Positions 1-14,263 are shown, counted from the first letter of the stretch. The stretch is DNA of 64,000 nucleotides from Octopus vulgaris (GCA_951406725.2 OX597819.1:40858001-40922000); one strand, 5' to 3'. The notes: generated by a model not told the origin, from the letters alone. Translations and numbers: made by a program.

Positions 1-35
1 TTTCTCACTTCAACTAATCAATTTAAAAACCGTTC

Positions 36-467
36 GGTTCTATTTTGGTTTGACCGGCAGTTTTTAAAAATAATTTCCACGTAACTAAACACTTTTAAAC
101 TTCGTATACTGGTAGAATGTGTTTATAAAACATCTTTTTCTCTTGGCTTTATTGAGAAAATTCCATAGTTTGTAAGATATTTGTTGTTTTTTTCTTCAAT
201 TTCTGCAATTTCAACCAATCAATGACGTCTATTAAGGTGAAAGCATTCTGTGCCGTATGAATATGTCCCTCGTTTAAGAAACAGATTGGGTTTATTTACA
301 TTTCTGAAGAAAAAAAGATACCCTTCCCCCACCCCTAACCCTAACCCTAACTAACCCTAACCCTAAAACAGATTGAAATGCAATAGATCGATACTAGGGT
401 CATAATTATGGGTGACAATTTCATATGACACCGCGAGAAAAAACTGCCGTTCAAACCGAAAAGATCC
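36..467 (-). mobile_element. About 430-bp MITE with GGATCTTTTCGGTTTG TIRs and internal TTAGGG repeats (copy 1)
   Basis: Reverse complement of the copy at 3491. Flanks aaccgttc/aaccgtta suggest an 8-bp TSD with 1 mismatch. Confidence 0.8.
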
Positions 468-473
468 AACCGT

Positions 474-578
<105 letters not shown>

Positions 579-1182
579 GTATCTGTTTTGATTGGAGATC
601 TGGGCTTGTGCAAAGTGTCTACCATATCCTCTTGTATGAAAAATAGTTTTTTTTAATGACAACGAAGTAGAGAAATAAAGTACCTTCAACGTTTCAAAGT
701 AAATCTATTTCAGCATTATATTGTTGTTGTTGTTGTTGTTTAACCCTACCGCAACCCTGATTGAAACTGAATAGACTTGCAAATGGCAATCTTGTATATG
801 CACCTAGTATTGATTTCTTGATTTTTTTTTGTAGTTATCATATGGTTATTTAATGTTGTATTATCTGATGTCTTCTTAGGGTTTCAACAATTCTTAATCG
901 GTACTGTATAAATTTAAAAGAAATTTGGCTGTAAATCTAGCAGCATTTGCTGGATCTTCAAGCAACTTAGTAACCGAACGTGCTTTCCTTTTTTTCTGAT
1001 GATGATGACGATGACGATAGTAGTGGTAACGGTAGTGGTGGTGATAGTGGTGATAGTGGTGGTAGTGGTGGTGGAGGTGGTGCTGCTGATGATGTAAGGA
1101 AGAAAAGCTAAAAAATAACAATTAACAATTACTTTTTTAATTTCGGTAAAAGGAAGGATTCGATATTTACTTCTTTTTACGT

Positions 1183-1188
1183 TTTATT
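1183..1188 (-). terminator. Polyadenylation signal AATAAA
   Basis: TTTATT on the plus strand, about 80 nt past the stop codon of the terminal exon. Confidence 0.5.
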
Positions 1189-1269
1189 CTGTATATACAT
1201 TCATATATCCTTAATCCTCGCCACAATACAAAATTATACAATGAAAAAATACAATGAGGCTTTCAGGGC

Positions 1270-1458
1270 TTAAGACTCAAACGTTTCTTGGGCCTCTTGC
1301 ATAGCCTTTCTTCTCACTGATTCAGCCATTTGCTTCAAAACGGTCGTTTGGGGTCTGAAAATCTTTGATTCAAATTGTCCTTTAATTCCGCTCTTGTCAT
1401 TTTGCACGAATGCTATTCTTGTGTTCTTCCTGTATGCGAACAACTGGATACGGAACAG
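1270..1458 (-). CDS. Terminal exon (LFRIQLFAY...EAQETFES*)
   Basis: Acceptor ttacattttAG, 63 codons ending in TAA at 1272-1270, AATAAA about 80 nt downstream. Confidence 0.85.
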   Translation of the reverse strand: MFRIQLFAYRKNTRIAFVQNDKSGIKGQFESKIFRPQTTVLKQMAESVRRKAMQEAQETFES

Positions 1459-2144
1459 CTAAAATGTAACAAAACGGAAAATTGAGATCTCAATTAAAAA
1501 ATGATTTCGTCGAGGTAATATGTTTATTAGGCATCAAACATAGCCAAGTATCTCTAAACAACAAAACTTATAAATTTTATGAACCACACTGTCACTCTCT
1601 CTCTCACCATGAACAACACTTGTCACTCGTTCACCGTGAACAACACCTCTCAGTGACACTCACCCAGGCAACCTTAGAATCAAAGAGGCTAACCTAATTA
1701 ATAAGCTGAAATCAGCATTAACAACAGAATGGCTATTTTAACAACATCAATCTGCACATGTCACCACCCTCTCCAACATATCTGAGCAATGATAGTAGCT
1801 TTAACCCATCTTCCATTTCTCCACTTGTCTTGATGAAGGGTTTCTAACCCCCTAAATATCGAAGAAATACAAGGCTTAAGCTTCAACTGTTGTTCTGTCT
1901 TCCCTTTTGTAGTTTACTTTTGTAATTCATTTCGCATTCTTTCGGCCTTGACAAGTTATTGTGTAATTTAATATTACACAATGCTTCACTTAAATTTCTC
2001 TACGAATATTAATATTGGGATTAATGTAGCCTAAGGTATGTGCCTAGTTAATCAAGATGTTTTAGTCGGAAATAAAGCAGCTGATTTTCAATTCAAAACA
2101 GGTTCGATATTTATTTATAAAAACAAGATGTTGAGTGTCTTTAC

Positions 2145-2366
2145 CTTGAAGAAAGGATGATCAAGATCGGGGTAACGAATAATTCCAAGATCAACGACGC
2201 TACGTTCTGCGTAGTCTCGTTTCACGAAGAGTGCTGCCAAACTATCGAGAGCGGCACCAGTTGCAGCAACGAAATTTGCAAAGTCAACGATATCAATTTT
2301 AGTGGCTGCCAAAACGTCCGGATCAACAACAACTTCATTTTTAAACCAGTCAATAACCTCATTAAC
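2145..2366 (-). CDS. Internal exon (VNEVIDWFKNE...RYPDLDHPFFK)
   Basis: Acceptor ttttatatttttcAG, 222 nt open (phase 0-0), donor AAG|GTAAAG. Confidence 0.88.
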
Positions 2367-3490
2367 CTGAAAAATATAAAAGTATGAAAATGATAAAAAA
2401 GAAGAAAAATAATTGCCATTTTGATTTTTTTGAATTACGGGAGCAATGGTAAAATTATATAAAATAAGAATAACAAATAGTTACGCAAATCAATGAGTTT
2501 CACATGCGACACTTCAGTGTACACCAATTTGACACTGGACCAGTTTGATCCAAGACTTTTAAGAGATTAGTAACTTAGGAGATCTGACAACGGAACTAAT
2601 TTTCACTTATTAATTGGCTGAAATGTATCGAAGAGACGTCGAGCATCTACATAATTTTGATAGTACTTAGCTACTCAGAAGAAATCAGACCAAATTTGAA
2701 CACCGTTACCTAAGCTTTCAGTGGACAAATAGGTTCTGTTATTTAAAATATTTTCTTTTGTTTGCTTAATAACGTTTATGGTTGCCAAGATACGGGCGTT
2801 AGCAGTAATATACTTTAAGTACTGGCCGTTGACCCCAGCATCGTGAAAATGCCGATACTTGTCTGTGAGCTACTCTTTCGCCGAGATTGTACATCCTCTG
2901 TTCTGCTTCTCGTGGCTTCACTGTAACCCTAAGTTGGGTGACTGACGTGTGTTATGCCTTGATAAGAGCAACTGGTGTTTTGTCCAGAACGATATATTTT
3001 CATAATTGCCATCAATACCTATGTATTGAGGACGTTTTCTTGTCTGCTACCCGGAAACCTGTAGGTAAGAGTCTTGACCAGATGTTAAGTTATTTAAGCA
3101 ACTGTCCTTTGGGAATCTCTAGTCGACCTAATTACTGGTGTACTGAAATATACAGAAGAACTAAGACGATAAGTTTAATCGTTTTTAGAAATACGTTTTC
3201 CCCAAAATCACAGTTATACTAGAAACAGAAATTTTATGCTGTCTCAAATGTACTTTGATGTAAGTACGTTGCTGAAGACTTTACCTTCTAAAAATATATC
3301 TAATCTATCAACTTTGTTGAAGCTAATCTCACAAGAGATGTTGAACTAATCACAATAACCTCACAACTTCACAGCGCTGTAACTGCTTACAGTGTTCAGT
3401 TATTACTACTCCTTGGTATTTGGAGACATTCAACAGATGAATATATACATAAAAACTCGGTCATTATTGGTTTGAGTATTATGATATATT

Positions 3491-3920
3491 GGATCTTTTC
3501 GGTTTGAACGGCAGTTTTTTCTAGCGGTGTCATATGAAATTGTTACCCATAATTATGACCCTAGTATCGATCTATTGCATTTCAATCTGTTTTAGGGTTA
3601 GGGTTTTAGAGTTAGGGTTAGTTAGGGTTAGGGGTGTTATCTTTTTTCTTCACAAATGTAAATAAACCCAATCTGTTTCTTAAACGAGGAACATATTCAT
3701 ACGGTACAGAATGTTTTCACCTCAATAGACGTCATTGATTGTTGAAATTGCAGAAATTGAAGAAAAACAACAACTAATATCTTACAAACTATAGAATTTT
3801 TTCAATAAAGCCAAGAGAAAAAGATGTTTTATAAGCACATTTTACCAGTATACGAAGTTTAAAAGTGTTTAGTTACGTGGAAATTATTTTAAAAAACTGC
3901 CGGCCAAACCGAAAAGATCC
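3491..3920 (+). mobile_element. Same MITE (copy 2), possibly Merlin-derived
   Basis: TIRs ggatcttttcggtttg...caaaccgaaaagatcc and perfect 8-bp TSD GATATATT. 5'-GG termini with an 8-bp TSD fit the Merlin superfamily. Confidence 0.85.
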
Positions 3921-3970
3921 GATATATTTGTTATATAATTTATAAAACCGGAAAAATTTCAATTACGTAC

Positions 3971-4171
3971 AATTTCTTCATCAACAGAATTTTGAGCGAA
4001 ACGAGTCTGGCTGTAACTTTTAAATCTACTTCTGATAATATCATCACCATCATCTGATTTCAAGAGTACATTTTGCTTCATAAGGTAAATATAATCATCG
4101 AATGTCATAGTTTGGTTTCTGTTATCTTGTCTAGCTTTCGCCAGGACTCTATTCGTTGCAGCAATAGCGAT
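3971..4171 (-). CDS. Internal exon (IAIAATNRVL...QNSVDEEI)
   Basis: Acceptor ttttctattccAG, 201 nt open (phase 0-0), donor ATT|GTACGT. Confidence 0.85.
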
Positions 4172-4521
4172 CTGGAATAGAAAAATGCAAATGGAATGTA
4201 AACAATGGAATATTAGATAATCGCTTACGAAATTACGTCCAATATTAGTAACTCGTTATTTATCTAATTACAACAAACGATTTCTTTCTGTTATCGTAAA
4301 GTGTTCGAGAAATAAGAGAGGAGATCCAAATACAAAGGTTACAATTTTTCAACAAAATGTGCATCATTCGTATCAACCTCATCGGAGTTGAAGGGCCTAC
4401 AAAAGTTATAATGCATTCCCTTTCTCCAACCAGACCAAACCATTAAAATATTTTAAATACATATCATAGATAACCTAAGAATACATACATACATACATAC
4501 ATACATACATACATACATACA

Positions 4522-4554
<33 letters not shown>

Positions 4555-4892
4555 CAATAATATTAATACGCTTAGTTTTGTTTGTTATTGTATGTATTTG
4601 TGGTGTATGTCACACTTACTTCAAAGGAAGAGGTAAAAAGGTTGAAGGGAGAGGTACAAAGACAAAGAGAAATAAAATGTATTAAGCAGAGTGACAGAGA
4701 GTAGCAAAGCGGGAGAGAGGGGAGGGACAGAAGCAGTGGAAATATAGTTGAAGTGAGAGGCAAAGCGGCAAAGAGGAGGAAGGTGTCTTCACGAAATTCA
4801 ATTCTATGCTTTAAAGAGTGTCTTCTACCTTCACCTCGGGCTGACCAAAGCCTCGTAAGTGGATTTCATAGACGGAAACTGTAAGAAGCCCG

Positions 4893-4933
<41 letters not shown>

Positions 4934-5055
4934 GGTATGTAGAAAAATACAACATGGACAAGAACGTATAACTCTTAGAAGACGATACAATAAACACGGA
5001 CAGGACATTCGAACCCTAGTCTTCAGTCAAGAACCGGATCATCGTAGTAATTTCG

Positions 5056-5091
<36 letters not shown>

Positions 5092-5521
5092 ATATATAAG
5101 TATGTGTATGTTTGTGTTTGTTCCTCCACCACCATCGCTTGACAACCGATGTTGGTGTGTTTGCGTCCACGTAACTTAGCTGTTCGGCAGAAGAGTCTGA
5201 TAGAATAACCGTCAGGCTTACAGGGAATAAGTCCAGGAGTCACTTTCTTCGACTAAAGGGCAGTGCTCCAGCATGGCCTCAGTCATTTGACTGAAACAAG
5301 TAAAAGAATAAAAGAATACCAGAAGAACGTTCCGTACCGCTAAACCAAGAAGGTTCTTTGAACATGTGTGACGTATTTTAAGGCTAAATAGTAATTCTAT
5401 TTATGTTTGCGTAAGTGTGATATTTTGGTTGGATTTTATAGTTGTCGGTTTTACACGTCTTTCTATATTCTGTAACTGTCACAATATAGAAACATTTCTC
5501 ATGGCATCAACACACAAATTA

Positions 5522-6803
5522 TCAGGTCATCCCATAAGTTCTGTCCGATTTTACCTTTTTTAAAATTGAGTGAAATTTAATAGCATTTTAGAATGTCTAA
5601 TGGAATTAAAAATCATTTTATGAATTTGTGTACATTTAAACAAATTAAATATTATTTTACAGAATAATAGAATTAAAATTTCTCTGATTAAAACCCTTTT
5701 TAACATGTAAGTATCCAAAGAGCATTTGAGGCACATAATGCTTTATGAGTACAAAAAAGGAAACTCTACAGCCAAAGCGACTCGAAATATACACTCAGTT
5801 TATGGGAAAGAATGCTTGAATGAAAGAACTTGCAGAAGATGGTTTGCAATATTCAGAAAAGGAAATTTCAGCCTTGAAGATAAAGATCGAACAGGACGTC
5901 CAGTTGAGTTTGATGATAAGCTCCTCTAGGCATTACTTGAAGAAAATCCTGCATTACCAGTTGAAGATTTGGCAATAAAGCTTAGTTCAAACCATACAAC
6001 TGTTCATCGTCATCTTCAACAACTTGGAAAGGTTCCTAAACTTGGAAAATGGGTGCCTCAGGAATTGTCCGAAAGCAACTACAAATCCCAGGTTGACATC
6101 TGCTCTTCTCTCTATTCTCACCAACTCATTTCACCCTTTTTGGATAGACATGTGATTGGTGACGAAAAATGGATCGTCTATCGAAATGTTAAACGTCGTA
6201 AACAGCAGCCTAGTAAAAGGGGAAAAGCTCAACCACAACCGAGAAGGGAACTTCATGGGAAAAAGGTTTTTCTCTCTATTATCTGGTGGGATTGCAAAGG
6301 AGTAATTCACTTTGAATTGTTACCACCTAATGCAACAATCAATGCTCAAGTCAGCAATTAGAGCGTTTGAACCAAGATTTGAAGAAAAAAGACCCGCTTT
6401 AGTAAATCGAAAATGAGTGATGTTTCATCAGGACAATGCGCGACCCCACACTACAAAGATCACATCACAGAAGATCGAAGAGCTTGGTTGGGAAAAAATT
6501 CTTCATCCACCTTATTCTCCAGACCTTGCTCCTTCAGACTACCATCTGTTTCATTGTTTACAGAATCATTTGGGGGACATAACTTTCGCAGGCCAGGAGG
6601 AGGTCGAAATTGACATTTCAGAGTTCTTCGCTTTGAAACCAAAAGAGTTTTACATTGATGGGATTAAAAAGCTTGTAAATAGATGGAAGTAAGTCATAGA
6701 TAATCAGAGAAAGTACATTGACGATTAAATTTCAATTAAATATAACATTTGATCACTTGTTTTCTTTAGTCAAAATTCGGACAGAACTTATGGGATGACC
6801 TGA
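5522..6803 (+). mobile_element. Full-length mariner transposon with a decayed transposase
   Basis: TIRs tcaggtcatcccataagttctgtccga with TA TSDs. Motifs WVPQEL, GDEKW, HQDNARPH and YSPDLAPSDY are split by stops and frameshifts. Confidence 0.95.
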
Positions 6804-7070
6804 TACAAACGCTTACATTTTTTTACATTTTCCGTGAAGTTTTAACGGGTCCGGGTAGTGTATATAAATACAATAAGATATTATAACGATAAATTAATAT
6901 TATGACACATTAAATGCATTATAATATAGATAGCTATAGCAATTAAGAACCAAGAAGGAAGGTAGAATACATAAATAAGGGTGCAAATAGCACCTGCAAT
7001 TGCTAGAAATAAGAGCTAACAAACATAACTCGAATAGCCACACAAAATCACCAACCTCACGAGATGTTCA

Positions 7071-7108
<38 letters not shown>

Positions 7109-7290
7109 ATTTGTTGTTGAAGATGCACCTAAATTTGAAAACTTGTAATTGTTTAAAATAAATTTATTTTCATATATACCAAATTAGTTTCAGCGATATT
7201 TTGGGTTTATCAAAGGTAAAAATAAAATTTAGAATTATGAATAGAAAAACATCTTTAAAAGTTTCAATGTTGACAAATTAAAATAAAATG

Positions 7291-7345
<55 letters not shown>

Positions 7346-7462
7346 TACATATATACATATATACATATATAAATATATATATATATAGATATATATATAT
7401 ATATATATATACATACATAATACAAAATAATAAAATGGAGGAATAGATTTCTTTCAATCATC

Positions 7463-7575
<113 letters not shown>

Positions 7576-7684
7576 GCATATATACATATATACATATATG
7601 CATATATACATATATGTATATGTATGTTATGAAACTAAAATCAATGCGTAACCTTTTCAGAAAAATGTACACCGTATACCAATA

Positions 7685-8097
7685 GGCTCAAGAGTGGCTG
7701 TGTGGTAAGTAGCTTGCTTCCCAACCACATGGTTCTGAGTTCAGTCCCACTGCTTGGCACCTTGGGCAAGTGTCTTCTACTATAGCCTCGGGCAGACCAA
7801 AGCCTTGTGAGAGGTTTTGGTAGACGGAAACTGAAAGATGCCCCTTCGCATATATATATATATATGTATGTGTGTGAATATGTTTGCATGTCTGTGTTTG
7901 TCTCTCCCCACCAACATCACTTGACAACCGATGCTAGTGCCTTTCCCTCCCCGTAACCTAGCAGCTCGACAAAAGAGAACGATAGAATAAGTACTAGGTT
8001 TACAAAGAATAAGTCCTGGGGTCGATTTGCTCGACGAAAGGCGGTGCTCCAGCATGGCTGCAGTCAAATGACTGAAACAAGTAAGAGAATAAGAGAA
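7685..8097 (+). mobile_element. SINE-type repeat pair (tRNA-like head + microsatellite + ...aaatgactgaaacaagtaa tail)
   Basis: The same modules recur at about 4830-5320, 9140-9310, 10000-10125, 27930-28130, 30040-30243, 31040-31235, 32005-32155, 33060-33370 and 33820-34100. Confidence 0.8.
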
Positions 8098-9326
8098 TAT
8101 ATATATGTCATGAAACTAAACTCAACGCTCCACCTTTTCAGCAAAATTTGCACTGTGTACCAATACAAGAAATCAAATTTGGGATTTCATAAACTGCTTT
8201 ATTAGGAAAGCCCTTAAGTTAACATACGGGCATTGAAAATGCCACAGATGAAATATTTTCATTAACTAAGTTATATTTTCTTTTCAAAATATTGAAAGAA
8301 TGTTTTTTTTTCCTTCTATCGAATTGTAACTTGTACTTGCTTGGGGCATAATGATTGATACGCTGCATATCTCGTTCTATCACGAATGTCCTAAGTTCCT
8401 TAACAGTCATTGAGCAATTGTTTTCCTTCCTCTATAGTTTTAGAAGAATGCCCACAGTTCATTGGGTCGGCTCCCAGAAGATAACTTGGCCAGTCGAGGC
8501 CGGTAAGTTGCGACTGTTGCCCTGCTATCTTCTTGGTCAACTAGGGAAGGTTACCATAGAGTTGCTTATTGGTCACTCTACACCGAGCTGGCGTTGAATG
8601 CTGGAGCGTCCGAGCGAAGTAGTTAAGGAATTTGGGTCCGTAATTATTAACAATAAACCAATAAAATACTAATTAATTATGAATAGATCTGAGAATGGTT
8701 CTAGTTTATGAAATGAAGTTCTTAACCATACGAACGTCGCACTTTAAATTTAGAAACAAAAGTTCCTGTTTCGAACCCAATCTCAGAATGTGTATAAAAT
8801 CAATATTAAAACGCGGTGACACAAAACGTGATTGGCAAGCAAAATTTTTTCGACACACCCACGCCTGTGCCTATTTATTTATTTTTTTTATTTGCTGTGA
8901 GTTGGGTGAACATTTTCCTACTGTAACCCCAGGCCCACCAAAGCATTATGAGTGTATTTGGTTGACGGAAATTGAACGAAGCCCGTCATATATATATTTA
9001 TATATATATATCACTGTGTGTATGCATGTATGTAATCATGTATGTGTGTGTGCTTGAATGCATGCATGCATGTATGTATGTATGTGTGTATGCATGTATG
9101 TGTGTGTGCCTGCGTACGTCCGTGTGTGTGCGCGTGCTTGTCCTCAGCTACCGCTTGACAGCCGGTGTTCGTTTGTTTGCGACACCGTAACTTATCGGTT
9201 CGCCAAGTACTAAACTTTAAAATAAGTATCATGGTCGATTTGGTCCACTAAAATTGTTCAAGAAGGTGTCCCAGCATGGCCGAAGTCCAATGACTGAAAT
9301 AAGTAAATAAATAAATGTGTTCTTAC

Positions 9327-9514
9327 CTGCAATTCTTCGTCCATAGCCTTGACCTTAGCTGAGGTAAGATTGCTGAAACTGGCAGCTAAGCTACAGTGGT
9401 AAGGAATATGCTCGGTTTTCATAATATCGGTGGATTGTGAGTGCAACCACATTGATCGTGCTTCTTTTACGACCATATCAGCTGTTTCAAGTCCAACTTC
9501 AATTGCTGCCGCAC
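9327..9514 (-). CDS. Internal exon of secreted-protein gene (AAAIEVGLETAD...KAMDEELQ)
   Basis: Acceptor tttaaAG, 188 nt open (phase 1 to 0), donor CAG|GTAAGA. Confidence 0.85.
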
Positions 9515-10127
9515 CTTTAAATATTCGAAAAATATAAAATAAAAGATGCTCACGTAATCCCTCACTACCTCACACAAACTTCTCTTTCTCACAGTTCCTC
9601 TACTCGCTACCCTCACCATTGCAAGACAATCCCAAAATTCTTCATTCCTATTCTAACTTTTTGATTGAAAATTTCGTTGAAATCAGATGCTCTTTAATTC
9701 TTGTCCTTTTCTCACTACCATTTAATATCTACATAACAGCGACCGGCATATAATCCGTTCGAATCTGCAAGAACGGATTAGGAATAAATATATTAATCAT
9801 TGTTTCAAATCTCGCTGTACATAGTGCAAATAACGATTTTTATTTATCGATTAGCATGCAATTGGCACTGATCAACAAGCAATTTTGTTCGCTGAAAATA
9901 TAAACGATGCCAGTGGATTGTTTAAGCTGAAAAGTTTCGGATAGTTCTGAGTAACGAGACAGATCATCTCGAAACACTGGTTTCCCAGACTCCCTTTGCT
10001 TCCGAACCATATGGTTCTGGGTTCTGTCTTACAGTGAGACACACTGGGCAGATGTCTTTTACTATAGCCTCAGCCCTACCAAAGCCTTGTGAGTGGATTT
10101 AGTAGACGGAAACTGAAAGAAACCCGT

Positions 10128-10193
<66 letters not shown>

Positions 10194-10284
10194 AACCAAA
10201 CATGAAAACACAAAGAGAAAACACAACAACGCGAGGACGTGGAACAAAAATAGTATTATTGGACGCTCAGGAAAGAAGGAAAGA

Positions 10285-10320
10285 AAGTTTAACGTTTCGA
10301 GCGGAGCTCTTCTTCGGAAA
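10285..10320 (-). ncRNA. Minimal hammerhead-like motif with a core mutation
   Basis: tttc CCGAAGA a GAGC tcc GCTC GAAAC gtta; the canonical core would be CTGAAGA. Confidence 0.5.
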
Positions 10321-11537
10321 CATAGGAGAAGGAAAGATCCAGAGAAGGGAAGACAGAGGGGAAAAAAATCGTTAACGGTACACACGCGGTCACATTTTGA
10401 ATATATACACACACACGTACACACACATACACACACACACACACACAGACACACACACACACACAGTTGTGATCCCACTGTCTACAGTTAATACAGTTAA
10501 TATACTTTCTACAGTTGTTCTCCTGTGATGTACACAACAGTGACCAGCAAACATTGAAATTTAGAGGTTGATTCTTTGAGATGAATCATATGTAATTGTT
10601 TAAAAAGGCTACAACCTCAATGCTAAAACGTATTTGAAACAATGGACAACAGTCGAAATATCATAATGGATGTGTAAATAAGTGAAACAACGCATTGGTA
10701 TTTAAACAAAGGTATTAACAAATAGAAGAGAGGAAATGGAACATCACCTTTCAAGTAACTCAGAATAGGTAAAGGTAAGCTTGCCAAAGTTTAATGTAAC
10801 TTAAATATGGATATTAAGATTGTTTGGTATTGGATATTCATTACGTACGGAGTCCCTAGTCAATTTAATCAGTCAAAAATATTCTCTAATGCCAATACAA
10901 GACGATATAGATTTAAAAATGCATGGAAGACCCTACATATAAAAAACTATTTAGATGGTGCCGGTCGTTATTGAGCTACTAGTATGACTCTCAGAAGGCT
11001 GTAATCTCGCTGGTACTAAACCCGGACAGAAAACGCATACGAGCAAGGTTGTAACTTAAACACGTTTATTTGTAACCACACGTACATACTCAATGGAATG
11101 ACAAACAGAATGGTTGGTGTGTAAGGGCCATGGTCTTCTGTGCTATGCTCCCATTTGCTAGCTGGCCTGTGGCATAAGATAGAGCCAGTCAGGTTGCGTC
11201 CTCATAGCTTACGTGTCCATGCAGAAAGAGAGAAAGAGATGAAGTCACATGTCTGAACCTCAATGTTGTGTGGCGCCCTCTCTCTGTATAGCCAGCTTGT
11301 TTACCTGCTGCCTACAGCTATGTACATACAACGAATTTGGAAGATCTTTTAAATTAACATAAGTATTTATTTACATGAAAGAGATACATGATACGTGTTG
11401 TGCTAAAAATAACAGCTAAATAAGATTTTTATCTTTTAAATTAACATAAACGTTTATTTACATGAAAACAAAATGACAACCTCCAAATCCTGTTTCCTGA
11501 CTGGGTCACCACGCAGATGGACAGTCGAAGTAAATAA

Positions 11538-11773
11538 CTAGACAAAATCCTTTCTCTTTTATAAATTGATAAAAAAAAGTATGGAAGACCCAACATACAA
11601 AAAAACTATGTCCATTTACATCCATTTACGCGGGAGTTCTGGGGGAAATATTATAGTCCATGAAAATCCTTGGGACATAACTAATGTGTGTTTAAAGTTT
11701 GGAGAAAATCGGTTGAGAATTGTGGAAATGTGTGCGTTAGTACACACGCATATTGCGATTCATATATACTAGA
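11538..11773 (-). mobile_element. Short Helitron-like element
   Basis: Minus strand reads A|TCTAGTATATA...CTAG|T: TC start, CTAG end, inserted at an AT site. No clear subterminal hairpin. Confidence 0.4.
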
Positions 11774-12740
11774 TGTATGTATGTATGTATGTATGTATGT
11801 ATGTATGTATGTATGTATGTATGTATGTATGTATGTATGTATGTATGTATGTATGTATGGTGTTAGACACCATACTAATCATATCTATCGGGCATGTGGA
11901 AGAGAGTGTAATTCGGCAGGAGGACTTAAATGACATGCAAAGGTACATGAAGCCCAGTTACAACTACAGCCGGCTATTACCAGTAAAAGTCTTAGTTGCC
12001 AATTCTGTACAAGACATTGTCGATCTTTAAGCTGGGCTAAAAAGTCACATTCGATCACAGCACCATATGTAAACATAGATTTTTGAGTTTTGTATTTACT
12101 GTTTAGGGCCAGAACGGTATTAAAGATCTATGTTCAAATTGTTCCAGCCATGATCGTTGTTCCATTTTGTATGTTCAAGGTCTATTTTGACCAACGAATT
12201 TTTCGTTTTTGAAGGCAGTAGAATGTCAATTAATGGAAATTTTACTTCTGTTTCTAGATAACGATTGGGACTAGATTTTTGCGTGCAAAATTAATTGCTA
12301 GTTTGGTTTTATAGTCAGCACGTATCATTTTGCAATCGCTAGTTGCATACTTTTGATAAGAAACTGCTCCGACCTCTCTTTCTTGCATAATTTATGCGAT
12401 GCATAATTCATAAGTACTTCGTAGTGAATATATAAGAGAATAAAATGCTATTTTGGTCGTGTGACTAAAAAAAAAGACTATCAGTCATTTGCTCTCGTTG
12501 TAATAGATAGCATTTTATTATAGTAGATAAGTCAAATAAATAATCTTTTCTACTCTGGGCATAAGGCCCGAAAAAAAGAAAAAAACGATTTATTTTTATT
12601 CTTATTTTAAGAAGCTACATGGTAGAATAAAAAAAAAAACATTGTTCAAGGAGTCACTATTTGGCGAAAGAATATTTTGAAATATAAACGGCAGAATATC
12701 AAGCTAATAAACAAATACATAGAGCGCTCAGCATTTTAGT

Positions 12741-13042
12741 TTGTTTGTTCCTTCTCGAGCCATGCCTGGCTCATAGGGCCGGTTTCCCGGTTTCCTTAGC
12801 GTATAGGTTCCCCACCTGGACGGGACGCCGGTCCGTCGCAGGTGAGCTGCAAGATGCAGGAGGAAAGAGTGAGAGAAAGTTGTGGCGACAGAGTCAGCAT
12901 AAGTTCGCCATTACCTTCTGCCGGAGCCGCGTGGAGCTTAGGTGTTTCGTTCATAAACACACACCGCCTGGTCTGAGATTCGAACCCGCGATCCCTCGAC
13001 CGCGAGTCCGCTGCTCTAACCCCTAGGCCATGTACCTCCACC
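12741..13042 (-). mobile_element. tRNA-derived SINE with 12-bp TSD
   Basis: tRNA-like head (TGGCCTAGGGGTTAG...GGTTCGAATC) on the minus strand, with CAGCATTTTAGT on both sides. Relatives lie at 17566-17870, 30350-30650 and 50388-50680. Confidence 0.85.
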
Positions 13043-13464
13043 AGCATTTTAGTACTGAGGTCTTTTTCCTTGATATTATTTTATCTCTCTGTCCCGCCCT
13101 CTTTCCTTCCCTTTCTTTCTCTCTGTCGCTCTCCCTCCCCTCTCCCTCTCTCTCTTTATATTCATATATACATCATGGACTCTCCCGTCGTTAGGCGATG
13201 TATGATGGTTTTGCAGTTTCTTGTTGAACGACCACACAGATGATTTGTTTATAGAGGTCAAATGTTTGAGTTCACATAATCTCACTCCCTTCATCAAATC
13301 AACATTACCTGTACAGGTGCATGACATGCCACATGCTAGATGATGAAATGATTGCCGAGCAACGTGAAATGAGGTGTTTTGTTCAAGAACACAACGCAAC
13401 ACCCGGTTTGGGAATCGAAACCACAATCCCGCAATCGCAACATCCTAACCACAATATATATATA

Positions 13465-14263
13465 TCAGGTTGAGTAAAACCATGAAGAAGTTGGACCGGA
13501 CTTTTACAGAGTTTGAATTTTTTTAAACATTTTTTTTTGTTGCAATTGTCTGATAATACAGATGACCAAAATGCATCAATAAATTAACACATATTTTTTA
13601 TCACCGTTGATACTACTGTCAAAGTGCGATATTCGAGCAATTTTGCTATTCAACTTTAAAAAAGGACGTAAAGCAGCTGAAACTGCTCATGATATCAATG
13701 AATGGTTTGGTGAGGAAATGACCAGTGACTGGTCAGCTCGAAAATTGTTGAGTTTGATGATAAGCTCCTTGAGGCATTACTTGAAGAAAATCCTGCATTA
13801 CCAGTTGATGATTTGGTAATAAAGCTTAGTTCAAACCATACAACAGTTCATCGTCATTTTCAGTAACTTGGAAAGGTTCCTAAACTTTGAAAATGGGTGC
13901 CTCAGGTATTGTCCGAAAGCAACCGCAAATCCCGAGTTGACATCTGCTCTTCTCTCCATTCTCGCAAACTCATTTCACCCATTTTGGATAGACTTGTGAC
14001 TGGTGACGAAAAATGGATCGTCTATCGAAATGTTAAACGTCGTCAGCAGTAGCTTGGTAAAAGAGAAAAAGCTCAACCACAACCGAGAAGGGAACTTCTT
14101 GGGAAAAAGTTTCTTCTCTCCATCTGGTGGGATTGCAAAGGAGTAATTCACTTTGAATTGTTACCATCTAATGCAACAATCAATGCTCAAGTCTTGTGTC
14201 AGCAATTAGAGCGTCTGAACCAAGATTTGAAGAAAAAAAGACCCGCTTTAGTGAATCGAAAAG
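13465..14263 (+). mobile_element. Truncated chimeric mariner relic
   Basis: The 5' part encodes a different HTH (IRAILLFNFKKGRKAAETAHDIN). From about 13747 it is nearly identical to 5903-6412 of the first mariner. Confidence 0.85.

Noticed and set aside
333-366. (CCCTAA)n as a chromosome end
   Set aside because: Only a few units, internal to a MITE that repeats four times in the window.
2700-3260. Tyrosine-recombinase (DIRS-like) remnant
   Set aside because: Only a faint resemblance (VFLSATRKPVGK); too degraded to support.
11000-11330. Solo LTR (TGTA...TACA with internal AATAAA on the minus strand)
   Set aside because: No target-site duplication and no second copy found.
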